Below, piece by piece: positions 41,933 to 51,149 of a stretch of DNA of 64,000 bases. How positions within the stretch are numbered: position 1 is the stretch's first letter; every line of letters starts with the position of its first letter. The notes under the pieces are model-generated. The model did not search any database, had not been told where the DNA came from, and saw nothing but the letters and a program-made list of their open reading frames with translations. Source of the stretch: Verrucomicrobiota bacterium (lineage in GTDB: Bacteria; Verrucomicrobiota; Verrucomicrobiia; Limisphaerales; AAA164-E04); contig CP170459.1 in assembly GCA_047947115.1 (NCBI GenBank), positions 4,928,001-4,992,000 on the forward strand. The letters are read 5' to 3'. Both the position numbers and the translations under genes were made by a program.

Positions 41933-43402
41933 TCAATCTTTCCTGGCGCCCAACACCTTGACACGCAGTCGATCTGACAGGGCTTGAATCATCTCAGGGG
42001 CATCTGAAATGGAAGTCGTTTCACCGGGATCCTGTTCAACATGAGAGAGCACGGCATCCACCACTTTGTCCGCCCCCCTCTCCCACCATTCGGTGTAACG
42101 GTATAAGGGGGTTCGAATAGAATGCCCCACGACCCCTTTTTGTCCAGTCCCGCGCCCATGGGGGTAGGAAGAATATGCGACCTCGCGGTGACTGCTGTGC
42201 GGGTTTTTCAAGACTGGAACCAATGACTTGCCTTGCAGATGATCCGGTCGATCCAACCCACACAGATCACAAAGGGTCGGATACAAATCCAGCAATTCCA
42301 CCAGCGACTGAGTGCGACCTTTCGCCGACGCCATGCTTGGATGACGGATCATCAGCGGCACGCGCGTATCGCATTCAAAGTTGGTATGTTTGCACCAACT
42401 GGAATGATCCCCCAGCTTCCAGCCATGATCAGCCCAAAGCACAACAATAGTGTTTTCGGCAACACCGTGTTCCTCCAATGCATCCAGCAGCACTCCAATA
42501 TTCCGATCTGTATAACTGATGCTGGCGTGATATCCATGAAGGAGTGTTTGGTTCAATTCATCCGAAAACTGCTCTGGAGAACCTTCCTGCGGAACATCAC
42601 TGTAGGCTCGAAGCTCACCTGCATTCTTGTTTCGAGCGTATTCAGGATAACCGGGTGGAACAGACAGATTGTCTGGAAGTTTGAAGGTTTCTGATTGGTA
42701 AAGATCCCAATACTTTTTGGGAGCAATGAATGGCAAATGAGGTTTGGTAAAACCAACAGCCAGGAAAAATGGTTTCGCATCTCTGGCCAACCGAGCAATT
42801 TGCTCCGCCCCCGTACGAGCTCTTACTCCGTCAAAATGGGTCTCATCCCCCGTCTCAAACGATTCAGTGGATGGACCGCGTCGTTTCCCATCGGTTTTAC
42901 TCTGGTTTTCCAGCCTTAAGGCTGTGTTGGCCGGATTGGCATATTCGGTCCCCCCATCGGGAATGATCCAGCGGGTCCAATGATCCGGATCCACTCCTGG
43001 GCCCCGATTGCCATGATAAATCTTACCCAACCCGATGGTCACGTATCCATTGGACTTGAAATGCTGGTTCATGGTGACTATATGCGCCCACCGGTCTCGC
43101 CATCCGGTCACGTGATATGTGCGTTCCTCCAGATACTCGGGATAGAGTCCCGTCATCAAAGAAACGCGACTCGCACCACAAACGGCCTGATTGCAGTAAG
43201 CACGGTCAAAAACAAGCCCCGTAGCCGCCAACCGATCCATGTTGGGTGTTATCGCCTTGCCGCCGTAGCACCCCATTTCGGGCCGCATATCATCAACAGC
43301 GATGAACAGCACATTGAAGGGCCTTTTATCAGCCGCCAAATGCAGCACACCCAGTCCCAGCATCAAGACGGATAAAACCATTCTACGGCAAAGGGGAATC
43401 AT
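41933..43402 (-). CDS. Sulfatase (iduronate-2-sulfatase-like, formylglycine-dependent)
   Basis: Signal peptide, NVLFIAVDDMRP, TPNMD, CGASR.SLMTG, GKIYH, KPHLPF, DHG, K.TNFE. Confidence 0.93.
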   Translation of the reverse strand: MIPLCRRMVLSVLMLGLGVLHLAADKRPFNVLFIAVDDMRPEMGCYGGKAITPNMDRLAATGLVFDRAYCNQAVCGASRVSLMTGLYPEYLEERTYHVTGWRDRWAHIVTMNQHFKSNGYVTIGLGKIYHGNRGPGVDPDHWTRWIIPDGGTEYANPANTALRLENQSKTDGKRRGPSTESFETGDETHFDGVRARTGAEQIARLARDAKPFFLAVGFTKPHLPFIAPKKYWDLYQSETFKLPDNLSVPPGYPEYARNKNAGELRAYSDVPQEGSPEQFSDELNQTLLHGYHASISYTDRNIGVLLDALEEHGVAENTIVVLWADHGWKLGDHSSWCKHTNFECDTRVPLMIRHPSMASAKGRTQSLVELLDLYPTLCDLCGLDRPDHLQGKSLVPVLKNPHSSHREVAYSSYPHGRGTGQKGVVGHSIRTPLYRYTEWWERGADKVVDAVLSHVEQDPGETTSISDAPEMIQALSDRLRVKVLGARKD

Positions 43403-43486
43403 GACGAAAAACTAGTCAAAGGCGGTCCAATGGTCAATGACTCCTTCGAGTGATCCAAAATCCAGTACACTCCGGCAGTTCCCTTT

Positions 43487-43502
43487 TTGCAAGGCCTTGC
43501 AA
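43487..43502. promoter_or_regulatory. Perfect 16-bp palindrome, candidate activator/regulator site
   Basis: TTGCAAGGCCTTGCAA in the divergent intergenic region, ~100 bp upstream of the putative sigma-54 -24 element. Confidence 0.45.
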
Positions 43503-43601
43503 CCACCCCAAAGGGAGAATTCGACAGGTAATTTCATTTGGTCACAACGCGGATAGATGTTATATAAACCCCAAGGATTCTTGTAATGGCGGAAAACTTT
43601 A

Positions 43602-43617
43602 AGGCACCTATACTGCT
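43602..43617 (+). promoter_or_regulatory. Putative sigma-54 (-24/-12) promoter
   Basis: AGGCACCTATACTGCT has GG-N10-GC spacing and is close to the consensus TGGCAC-N5-TTGC(A/T). About 50 bp upstream of ATG 43669. Confidence 0.55.
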
Positions 43618-43668
43618 AACGGTTTTTCACAATACGATTCGCAAAATAACAACAAAACAACTCCCAGA

Positions 43669-45543
43669 ATGAAATCTTCGGAATTACGGTATTCAAACCA
43701 TCGAACCAACCTGTTTTTCATGTGCCTGGCTACCATGATGGCTTGCCTCATCGGTTACCAATCTCTTCACGGACAGGGAGCCGACTTCAAAGCTGCAGTT
43801 GGCAACCCACAGATTGGTTCGGTCAACTCATCCGGTTCGCTGCAACTCCCCTACATCACCTGGGGCGGCGATGTGGCCACCTTTCACGCCAACGGAGGAC
43901 TTCAAACCGCCACTGGTTCCATTTTCGACAAGCAGGGATTGAAGTTCAATATGAAGGCTGGTGACGATTTCGCACAGCAGGTCAAGGATTACATGACGGG
44001 CAAATCCCCCTTCCTGCGAGGCACGTTCCGCATGATGGGGATGGCTTCCGAGATCATTGGCTCGGATCCAAGGACCAAAGGGGTTGTCATACTGCAAATG
44101 ACCTGGTCTGCCGGAGATCACATGGTAGCGCGGGAAGGATTGAAAACAATATCAGACCTGAAGGGCAAAAGCATCGCTATCCAGCAAGGCGGACCTCACG
44201 TGGGCATGCTGGACGACATCCTAAAAACCGCCCAGCTCTCCTGGGCGGATGTCAACATTGTCTGGGCCAAGGATTTGACCGGCACTCCGGATTCACCCGC
44301 GGAAATGATGCGTAAAAACCCGCAGATCAGCGCTTGCTTCGCCATCACACCGGACATGTTGGGTTTGTGTGGCGGACTGGAAAGCACCGGATCAGGCGCA
44401 GAAGGCACGATCAAAGGGGCTCATGTACTGGTCTCGACCGCGGAACTCTCCCGGTCCATCGCAGATGTTTATGTGTGCCGTAAAGATTTCTACGACGCTC
44501 ATCGTGACAAGGTCACAAAGTTTGTGACAGGTTACTTGAGAGGATGTGAAGAACTTGTGGACATGAAACGCCAATACGAAGCCGGCGGATCAGCCAATTA
44601 CGAAAAAGTGCTGAAAATGACCCAGCAGATTTACGGCACTGATGTTGTTCCTGTTCCAGAGGAAGCACACGGACTGATATCGGATTGCACCTTTGTTTTG
44701 TATCCGGGCAACGTGACCTTCTTCACGCAAAACAATAATCTGACCAGTTTCAATAAGTTCCAGCAGTCGGCACTGGACCTGGCCGTCAGTCAGGGATATG
44801 CCAAAGAAAAAATGGGGCTCTTTCCATCTGGTTTAAATTATCAATCCGATGACTTCCTGAAGTATCTCTCCAAAACCACCATGGAACAGGGCGGACGATT
44901 CAGAGCCGAGGCCGTTCGGGAGGAAATCGAGCTATTGAGCCAGGGGGGCGAGTTGGACGACAAGACCATCATGAGCTTCACCATCCAGTTCGAACCCAAT
45001 CAGACTGAATTCAGCGCGGTTCAATATGGAGCCGAATTTCAGAGAGTGGTGGAATCTTCCCAACGCTTCGGCAACGCTGTCATTGCCATTCGCGGGCACG
45101 CGGATCCCACCAAGACATTGCTGGATCTGGTGAAAGCAGGCATGCAGAAAGGTGTACTCAAACGCTCCGGAGCCAGCGGCAATTATAACTACTCGCTGCA
45201 AGGCCGCCCTCTGGATCTGGAAGCAACCAAAGATCTGGTCCAATTGATCGAGTCAGGATCCTTTGACGGGGCACAGACATTCAATCCCCGCGAAACCATG
45301 CAAGCCGCCCTCAATCTCTCCAGACTAAGGGCAGAGCAGGTACTCGACGCGATCAGCCAATACGCGAGTTCCAAGGGCGTCACCATCGACACCAGCCAGA
45401 TTCAGCCGGTGGGAGTGGGCATTCGTGAACCATTCATTGCCAAACCAAGTAATTTGAACGAGGCCAAGCAAAACATGCGGGTTGAATTCCGCATCGTACG
45501 TGTTCCGGCTGAGGCAACCACTTCATCCGATTTTGATTTCTGA
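43669..45543 (+). CDS. Secreted NMT1/SsuA-like substrate-binding domain fused to an OmpA-like C-terminal domain
   Basis: ITWGG, WSAGDHMVAR..LKTISDLKGKSIA, IADVYV (PBP type 2). C-terminal IQFEPNQ...RGHAD...NLSRLRAEQV...GVG...NMRVEF. Confidence 0.8.
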   Translation: MKSSELRYSNHRTNLFFMCLATMMACLIGYQSLHGQGADFKAAVGNPQIGSVNSSGSLQLPYITWGGDVATFHANGGLQTATGSIFDKQGLKFNMKAGDDFAQQVKDYMTGKSPFLRGTFRMMGMASEIIGSDPRTKGVVILQMTWSAGDHMVAREGLKTISDLKGKSIAIQQGGPHVGMLDDILKTAQLSWADVNIVWAKDLTGTPDSPAEMMRKNPQISACFAITPDMLGLCGGLESTGSGAEGTIKGAHVLVSTAELSRSIADVYVCRKDFYDAHRDKVTKFVTGYLRGCEELVDMKRQYEAGGSANYEKVLKMTQQIYGTDVVPVPEEAHGLISDCTFVLYPGNVTFFTQNNNLTSFNKFQQSALDLAVSQGYAKEKMGLFPSGLNYQSDDFLKYLSKTTMEQGGRFRAEAVREEIELLSQGGELDDKTIMSFTIQFEPNQTEFSAVQYGAEFQRVVESSQRFGNAVIAIRGHADPTKTLLDLVKAGMQKGVLKRSGASGNYNYSLQGRPLDLEATKDLVQLIESGSFDGAQTFNPRETMQAALNLSRLRAEQVLDAISQYASSKGVTIDTSQIQPVGVGIREPFIAKPSNLNEAKQNMRVEFRIVRVPAEATTSSDFDF

Positions 45544-45661
45544 TCCGACCAATACGCACCATACAAGGGAAACCCCAATACACAACCCTCGACGACACGA
45601 CCAGGCAGGTGACACTCGGGTTGCCCCCTTCGTATCCATCCATTGAAGATATAGACAACCG

Positions 45662-46591
45662 ATGAAACGAATATTCATGAGACCGCTGTTGGCAGGCACG
45701 GCCCTGACCTTTCTCCTGGGCGCTTTTTCCAGCCTGATGGGACAATCCTCCATCGATCATGTGGTCATTGTCCTGGATGCTTCCGGATCCATGAAACAAA
45801 AGATGCCGAGTTCGAATCAGCCCAAAATGGAGGCCGCGAAGGAGGCTTTGATCGAAGTTCTGAGCAACATACCTCAAACTACGCACATCGGGCTGCTGGT
45901 ATTCAGCGCGGCAGATGTCAAGGATCACTGGGTGTATCCCCTCGCCTTCCGCAAGGATGACGAACTTCTCCCCGCCATTCGAAACATTCGCCCCAACCGC
46001 GGAACACCATTGGGCCGATACATTAAAATCGGCGCTGATCGGTTACTCGAAGAACGCGCCAAACAATTTGGCTACGGCACCTATCGACTGTTGATCGTCA
46101 CGGATGGAGAAGCAAACGATCGCAACCTGGTCGAACAATATACCCCCGAGGTGCTGTCCCGTGGTTTGAGAATGGATGTGATCGGTGTAGCCATGGATAG
46201 AGATCACACACTTGCCACCAAAGTGCACACCTATCGCCGCGCCAACGACGCCAACACTCTCAAACAAGCCATCGCGGAAGTCTTCGCGGAAGTCGGAGGC
46301 AATCAGGCCGGGAATGTGGCTGACAACGACGCTTTCGAACTGTTGGCCCCCATTCCTGTCGAAGTAGCTTCTGCCGCAATCAATGCCCTTTCCCAATCTG
46401 GAAACAACCCCATTGGCGAAAGCCGAACCAACAGCCCAGATGTCGAGCAAGCCGCTTCAAACACCACGGCACAGCATACCATCACACACACGCGAACAGT
46501 TCAACCCGAGGGGATGGGAAGTGTTTTGAAACTGGTCATTTTGGGAGGTCTTGTGCTACTGGTCCTCCTGAAAGCAATCACGAAAAGATAA
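45662..46591 (+). CDS. Exported vWA domain protein with C-terminal membrane anchor
   Basis: Signal peptide. MIDAS DASGSM, GTPL, IVTDGE. C-terminal hydrophobic helix + KR. Confidence 0.9.
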   Translation: MKRIFMRPLLAGTALTFLLGAFSSLMGQSSIDHVVIVLDASGSMKQKMPSSNQPKMEAAKEALIEVLSNIPQTTHIGLLVFSAADVKDHWVYPLAFRKDDELLPAIRNIRPNRGTPLGRYIKIGADRLLEERAKQFGYGTYRLLIVTDGEANDRNLVEQYTPEVLSRGLRMDVIGVAMDRDHTLATKVHTYRRANDANTLKQAIAEVFAEVGGNQAGNVADNDAFELLAPIPVEVASAAINALSQSGNNPIGESRTNSPDVEQAASNTTAQHTITHTRTVQPEGMGSVLKLVILGGLVLLVLLKAITKR

Positions 46592-48162
46592 TGAGCGAAC
46601 GTAAGGCGAAGGGATGTTTGGTTGCCACGATGGCGTGGTGTATCATTTTTCTATTGTTGGCAGTGGCGTACAAATACCTGGTGCACCCATATTTCAGCCA
46701 ACGCCTGACAGAGGAAACAGGAACCGTCAGCCGTTACGATCACGAAATCACCATTGCGACCGATTCCTTCAGCGGCTATGCCATTCTTCGTTCTAATGCC
46801 ATGAAACAATGGATGTCGGAACATCAGATCAAACTGAATGTGATCGACGACGGAGCCAATTACTCGGAACGACTCGACAATCTCCGGCGCGGCACAACCC
46901 AGTTGGCTGTGTTCACCATCGATTCCTACTTGAAAGCAGGAGCCAAAGCCGGGGCATTTCCCGGTTCGATCGTTCTGGTGATGGACGAAACACAGGGTGG
47001 AGACGCACTGGTGGCACATGAGTCATCCTTCAAATCCATCCAGGAACTCAATGCGCCATCCACTCGGATCGTTTTGACACCTGATTCTCCAAGTGAATTT
47101 CTTGCACGCGTCATCCTTGCCCACTTCAGCCTGCCGAAAATATCGCCGGACTGGATGACAGGTGAAGACGGCTCGGACAAAGTCCTGAACCATCTCAGGC
47201 AATCAAGTCCCGGAAGCCAAAAAGCATTCGTTCTTTGGCAACCCTATGTGGCCCAAGCTATCAAACTACCGGGTTACAAGGTGTTGCTGGACAGTTCCCA
47301 ACTCAAGGGCTACATCGTGGATGTACTGGTGGCCGAGCGAACGTTTTTGAAAAACAATCAGGAACTCATTCAAACTTTTGCCGAAGGTTACTTCCGCGCT
47401 CTGTATCAGTATCAAAACAAGGAAAACGGACTTCAAAATCTGGTCATCACGGACGCCAACCGGCTCAACCCAGAGAAATTGGACGCGGATCTGGCAGATG
47501 CCGTGGTGAAAGGGATTCATTGGAAAAACACCATGGACAACTATGCCCACTTTGGAATTGCCCGGGAAACTCGCCCGAATTCCCCCCCCCACCTAGAAGA
47601 CATGATCGGAAACATCGTCGAAGTGTTGCTAAAAACGAAGAGCATTGGCACCGATCCATTAAACGGACAGTATAACACGCTCTTTTACGACCAAATCATG
47701 GCCTCCCTGCAGACAAACAACTTTCACCCTGGCCAGGAGCTCCATTTGATATCGGACCTGAGCTCCGAACAACGACCAAGCGCGCCCCCAGACCAACCCC
47801 AACCCTTGACCGAAACGGAGTGGAGTCGATTGATACCCGTCGGGGTGCTTCAAGCCGATGCCATTGGGTTCGTCAGAGGGTCTTCCAGTGTGAGTCGTTC
47901 CAGCGAACGGGCCCTTCAGGCCCTTTCCAAAAAGCTGCAGTCCTTTCCAAATTTCTATCTAAAAGTGATCGGGCAAACCCGGGCTGAAGGCGATGCGGCA
48001 GCCAACCAGCGATTAGCTGCGGCCCGGGCCGAGGCGGTGGCGCAGATGTTGAAACAACATGGAGTGCCCGATTGGCGGATCCGAACCGAAGCATCTCCTT
48101 CCACCAGCGAAAACGGTCAATTTCAATCGGTTGTTTTTGAATTGGGACAGCGTCCTTATTGA
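46591..48162 (+). CDS. Membrane-anchored substrate-binding domain fused to a degenerate OmpA-like domain
   Basis: N-terminal TM. DSFSGY, DETQGGDALVA..SIQEL, SPSEFL, VLWQPYV, IVDVLV. C-terminal IGFVRGS..NQRLAAARAEAV. TAATG overlap with the vWA gene. Confidence 0.8.
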   Translation: MSERKAKGCLVATMAWCIIFLLLAVAYKYLVHPYFSQRLTEETGTVSRYDHEITIATDSFSGYAILRSNAMKQWMSEHQIKLNVIDDGANYSERLDNLRRGTTQLAVFTIDSYLKAGAKAGAFPGSIVLVMDETQGGDALVAHESSFKSIQELNAPSTRIVLTPDSPSEFLARVILAHFSLPKISPDWMTGEDGSDKVLNHLRQSSPGSQKAFVLWQPYVAQAIKLPGYKVLLDSSQLKGYIVDVLVAERTFLKNNQELIQTFAEGYFRALYQYQNKENGLQNLVITDANRLNPEKLDADLADAVVKGIHWKNTMDNYAHFGIARETRPNSPPHLEDMIGNIVEVLLKTKSIGTDPLNGQYNTLFYDQIMASLQTNNFHPGQELHLISDLSSEQRPSAPPDQPQPLTETEWSRLIPVGVLQADAIGFVRGSSSVSRSSERALQALSKKLQSFPNFYLKVIGQTRAEGDAAANQRLAAARAEAVAQMLKQHGVPDWRIRTEASPSTSENGQFQSVVFELGQRPY

Positions 48163-48269
48163 ACATGTATTCATCCTGCGCCCATTTTAGGACCGACCAA
48201 GTTCACCTGCTGAATGCCCTGATCCAAGCCTTTGCAGGGGTAACCGTTTGTGATACATTTGGAATCTCG

Positions 48270-49067
48270 ATGATTCAGGAACCATCCCAGGCATCGCCAA
48301 GCTCGGCGAAAGAAGTCGGCAAGGTAGACATCCGCAAACGGGTGTTGCTTCGCCTGACATCCAGTCCCTTGGTTCTCGGTCCGGTCATGCTCGGGTTTAC
48401 CAGCATGGTTTCCGCATGGGCTTTTGCCCCGCGTCAGGCGGGATTGCTCCTGTTTGGAGGCATCGCGGGATTGCTCATTGGGACAGGCTGCTTTGTTTCC
48501 AAATTATTACTTTCAGGCAACAAGGTGGCTCACAAGGTGCTGTCTGAAATCGAAGAACAACAATTCAATGCCCGACAAAAGGCACTGGACGATCTAAGGA
48601 AAGCTCTGGAACGTTCAGACAACGATCCCCGTCCGGAAGAAGCCCTGGGGGATCTGAGAGCATTGGTGGACACTTTCCGTTCCATTGAGACGTCTGAGGC
48701 ATCGGCACAATGGGCCATCATGGTGGATGTCCGACTCCAGGTGGAATCTCTCTTTGCCCACTGCCTACGCCTGATCGAACAAACCCATCACCTCCGGCTC
48801 ACAGCAGACAAACTCAACACGGAAGCCGCTCGCCACCCCGTTTTGGAGCAACGTGAAGGCATCATTCATGAAATACAGGCTTGCGTGAAACAATTGAGTC
48901 ATTCGCTTGTTTCACTTCAGAAGTTGAGGCATGTCCAATCAGGCACCCATGATCTTCAGCAGATGCGTAAAGAACTCGATGCCAGCCTGGAAGTCGCTCG
49001 CAAAGTGGAAGAAAGAATGCAGGAATGGTCTCTGGGATCCCATGTTCGATCAGTTGATAACATTTGA
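48270..49067 (+). CDS. 2-TM membrane protein with helical cytoplasmic domain (XpaC-like architecture)
   Basis: Two adjacent hydrophobic helices followed by a ~190-aa heptad-rich helical region. Start is 48159 or 48270. Confidence 0.65.
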   Translation: MIQEPSQASPSSAKEVGKVDIRKRVLLRLTSSPLVLGPVMLGFTSMVSAWAFAPRQAGLLLFGGIAGLLIGTGCFVSKLLLSGNKVAHKVLSEIEEQQFNARQKALDDLRKALERSDNDPRPEEALGDLRALVDTFRSIETSEASAQWAIMVDVRLQVESLFAHCLRLIEQTHHLRLTADKLNTEAARHPVLEQREGIIHEIQACVKQLSHSLVSLQKLRHVQSGTHDLQQMRKELDASLEVARKVEERMQEWSLGSHVRSVDNI

Positions 49068-49098
49068 TTTGTAAAGCACAGCAACTAAAACAAATATC

Positions 49099-49929
49099 AT
49101 GTTCAAAGCAATCACAAGATGGTTTAAAGCGGTGGGATATCTCCTAACCGGGCAAATTGATTCGGCACGTAAAGTGATCGACACCAATCCACATGTCATC
49201 AAAGCCAAATACGATGAAATTGTCCGGGACAAGATATCCCGCATTCATCAATACAAGCAGGCGGTCGCCGGCCTGATCGCTCAGGAGGAGAAAAAAATCG
49301 CAAAGGTCAAGACCCTCTCCGAGGACGTGGCCAATCTGGAACGACTCAAAGCCGGAGCCCTGGCCAAGGCAAAACAAACCGTTGAGTCATTAAAAAACTC
49401 CGGAAAAACACAAGAGCAGATCCATGCGGACGAGGATTACAAACGCTGTCTGGCTGCTTTCAACGACTTTTCCTCGACGTTGGCTGAAAAACAGGATCGC
49501 ATCACGGAATTGGAACAGGACATTGCCGATTACCGCAAGAACATCAGTGACCACAAGGTTCAGTTGCAGCAGTTGCTGAGAGATGTCGAAAAAGTCAAAT
49601 CCGAAGCCGCCGACACAGTGGCGGATGTCATCACCTCCAAACAGGAAAAAGAATTGGCCGAAACATTGGCGGGCATCGCTCAGGATGGAACAGCTGAAGA
49701 ATTGCAGAACCTGCGCGACATGCGCCAGGAGTTGAAAGCCGAAGCCAAAGTCACCCGTGAACTGGCAGGTACCGACACAAAGGCACAGGAAGCCGAATTT
49801 CTGGAATACGCCCGACAAAGTCAATCCACCTCCGAATTCGATGCCCTCATCGGCCTGGCGTCCGAAACGGAAGAAAAATCAAAACCCTCCGGCGAGACCG
49901 GGAAAAAGGACACTTCGCTGCCGGAATGA
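49099..49929 (+). CDS. PspA/IM30 (ESCRT-III superfamily)-like coiled-coil protein
   Basis: N-terminal amphipathic helix MFKAITRWFKAVGYLL, then NP near residue 30 (equivalent to the PspA EDP). Long helical hairpin, C-terminal short helices, no TM. Confidence 0.7.
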   Translation: MFKAITRWFKAVGYLLTGQIDSARKVIDTNPHVIKAKYDEIVRDKISRIHQYKQAVAGLIAQEEKKIAKVKTLSEDVANLERLKAGALAKAKQTVESLKNSGKTQEQIHADEDYKRCLAAFNDFSSTLAEKQDRITELEQDIADYRKNISDHKVQLQQLLRDVEKVKSEAADTVADVITSKQEKELAETLAGIAQDGTAEELQNLRDMRQELKAEAKVTRELAGTDTKAQEAEFLEYARQSQSTSEFDALIGLASETEEKSKPSGETGKKDTSLPE

Positions 49930-49976
49930 CGTCCGAGGCAGCGTCACACCATTTATTTTGATCTGTAAAACCAATC

Positions 49977-51149
49977 ATGAAAGAAAACAAATTCCTATAC
50001 ACACAGTCACTCGCAGCCCTATGCCTTGCCATGGGACTGACCGCCTGCGGTCCACAAAGTGCCACCACCGACTCAGAAACATCCAATGGGAACGCATCCG
50101 GTGGAGTCAGCAACATGGAAGCAACCAACCCCTCACCGGCTGAGGAAAAAAAGGATTCGGGATTACCCACCTTCTCGCTGGCTTGGAGCGAATACCCCTC
50201 ATGGAGCACATTCGGTGTGGCGCATGTCGACAAATTCATCAACGGAAAAAAAGGCGAGCTGGGTTCGCTGGAAGAAAAATGGCAGGTCGATATTGTCCTG
50301 CACGAGGCAGAATATGACGCCTGCATTACCATGTATGGCGCCGGCACCGTCGATGCAGCCTGTCTCACCAACATGGACGCATTGAACCCGGCCATCGCAC
50401 GTCCTTCCACCATGATTCTCCCTACCTCCACAAGCCATGGAGCGGACGCCTGCATCGTGGTGGATTCCATCAATTCCATTCAGGATCTCAAAGGCAAAAA
50501 AGTCTACGGTCTCGAAAAAACGGTTTCTGAATATTGTTTTGTTCGAAACCTGGAAATGGCCGGGGAAAAAGAAAAGGACTATCAGTTCAGCAACATGGAC
50601 CCCGCCGCAGCCGCCGCAGCCATGCAACAAAAGCAGGACGGTGTGGATGGCATCATGGTCTGGAATCCATTCGTCATGGAAACCCTCTCAAAACGTGACG
50701 ACGTGAAAATACTCTTTGATTCCACCAAAACCCCAGGCGAAATCATCGATTCGGTAATCATGGCCCAGGATTCCCTGGCCAAAGAAGGCGGCGAAGCCTT
50801 TGCCTGTGCGATCATCGACGCCTTTTACACTATCGCAAACCGCATGAACCAACCCGAAACCCGCAACGACACATTGATCGCCCTTGGTGAGAAATTTTCC
50901 AACCTCGGACTGGAAGCCATGAACACTGTCGTGCGTCAAACCAAATTCATCAGCACGCCAGGGGAAGCCATCACCTTGTTCAACTCACAGGAACTCCCGC
51001 AAATCATGAAGCGGGTCATCGACTTCTGTGTCGACCACGAAATCACCGGACGCTCCCCTGCCCTCAGCTATGGGACCCCCAAAGACGGGGACAAGGCCGA
51101 ACTTCGTTTCGACCCCAGTTACATCCAAAAAGTCACTATGAAACAGTAG
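49977..51149 (+). CDS. Lipoprotein substrate-binding protein (NMT1/SsuA-like PBP2 fold)
   Basis: Lipobox LTAC. LAWSEYPSW, TNMDAL, S.GADA..V..I.SIQDLKGKKV, VWNPF, PGEIID. Confidence 0.85.
   Translation: MKENKFLYTQSLAALCLAMGLTACGPQSATTDSETSNGNASGGVSNMEATNPSPAEEKKDSGLPTFSLAWSEYPSWSTFGVAHVDKFINGKKGELGSLEEKWQVDIVLHEAEYDACITMYGAGTVDAACLTNMDALNPAIARPSTMILPTSTSHGADACIVVDSINSIQDLKGKKVYGLEKTVSEYCFVRNLEMAGEKEKDYQFSNMDPAAAAAAMQQKQDGVDGIMVWNPFVMETLSKRDDVKILFDSTKTPGEIIDSVIMAQDSLAKEGGEAFACAIIDAFYTIANRMNQPETRNDTLIALGEKFSNLGLEAMNTVVRQTKFISTPGEAITLFNSQELPQIMKRVIDFCVDHEITGRSPALSYGTPKDGDKAELRFDPSYIQKVTMKQ

Noticed and set aside
43669..51149. Ordinary ABC importer for sulfonate, nitrate or urea
   Set aside because: No permease or ATPase in the cluster, and the OmpA fusions, vWA and PspA-like genes are not explained by import. 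Partners encoded elsewhere cannot be excluded.
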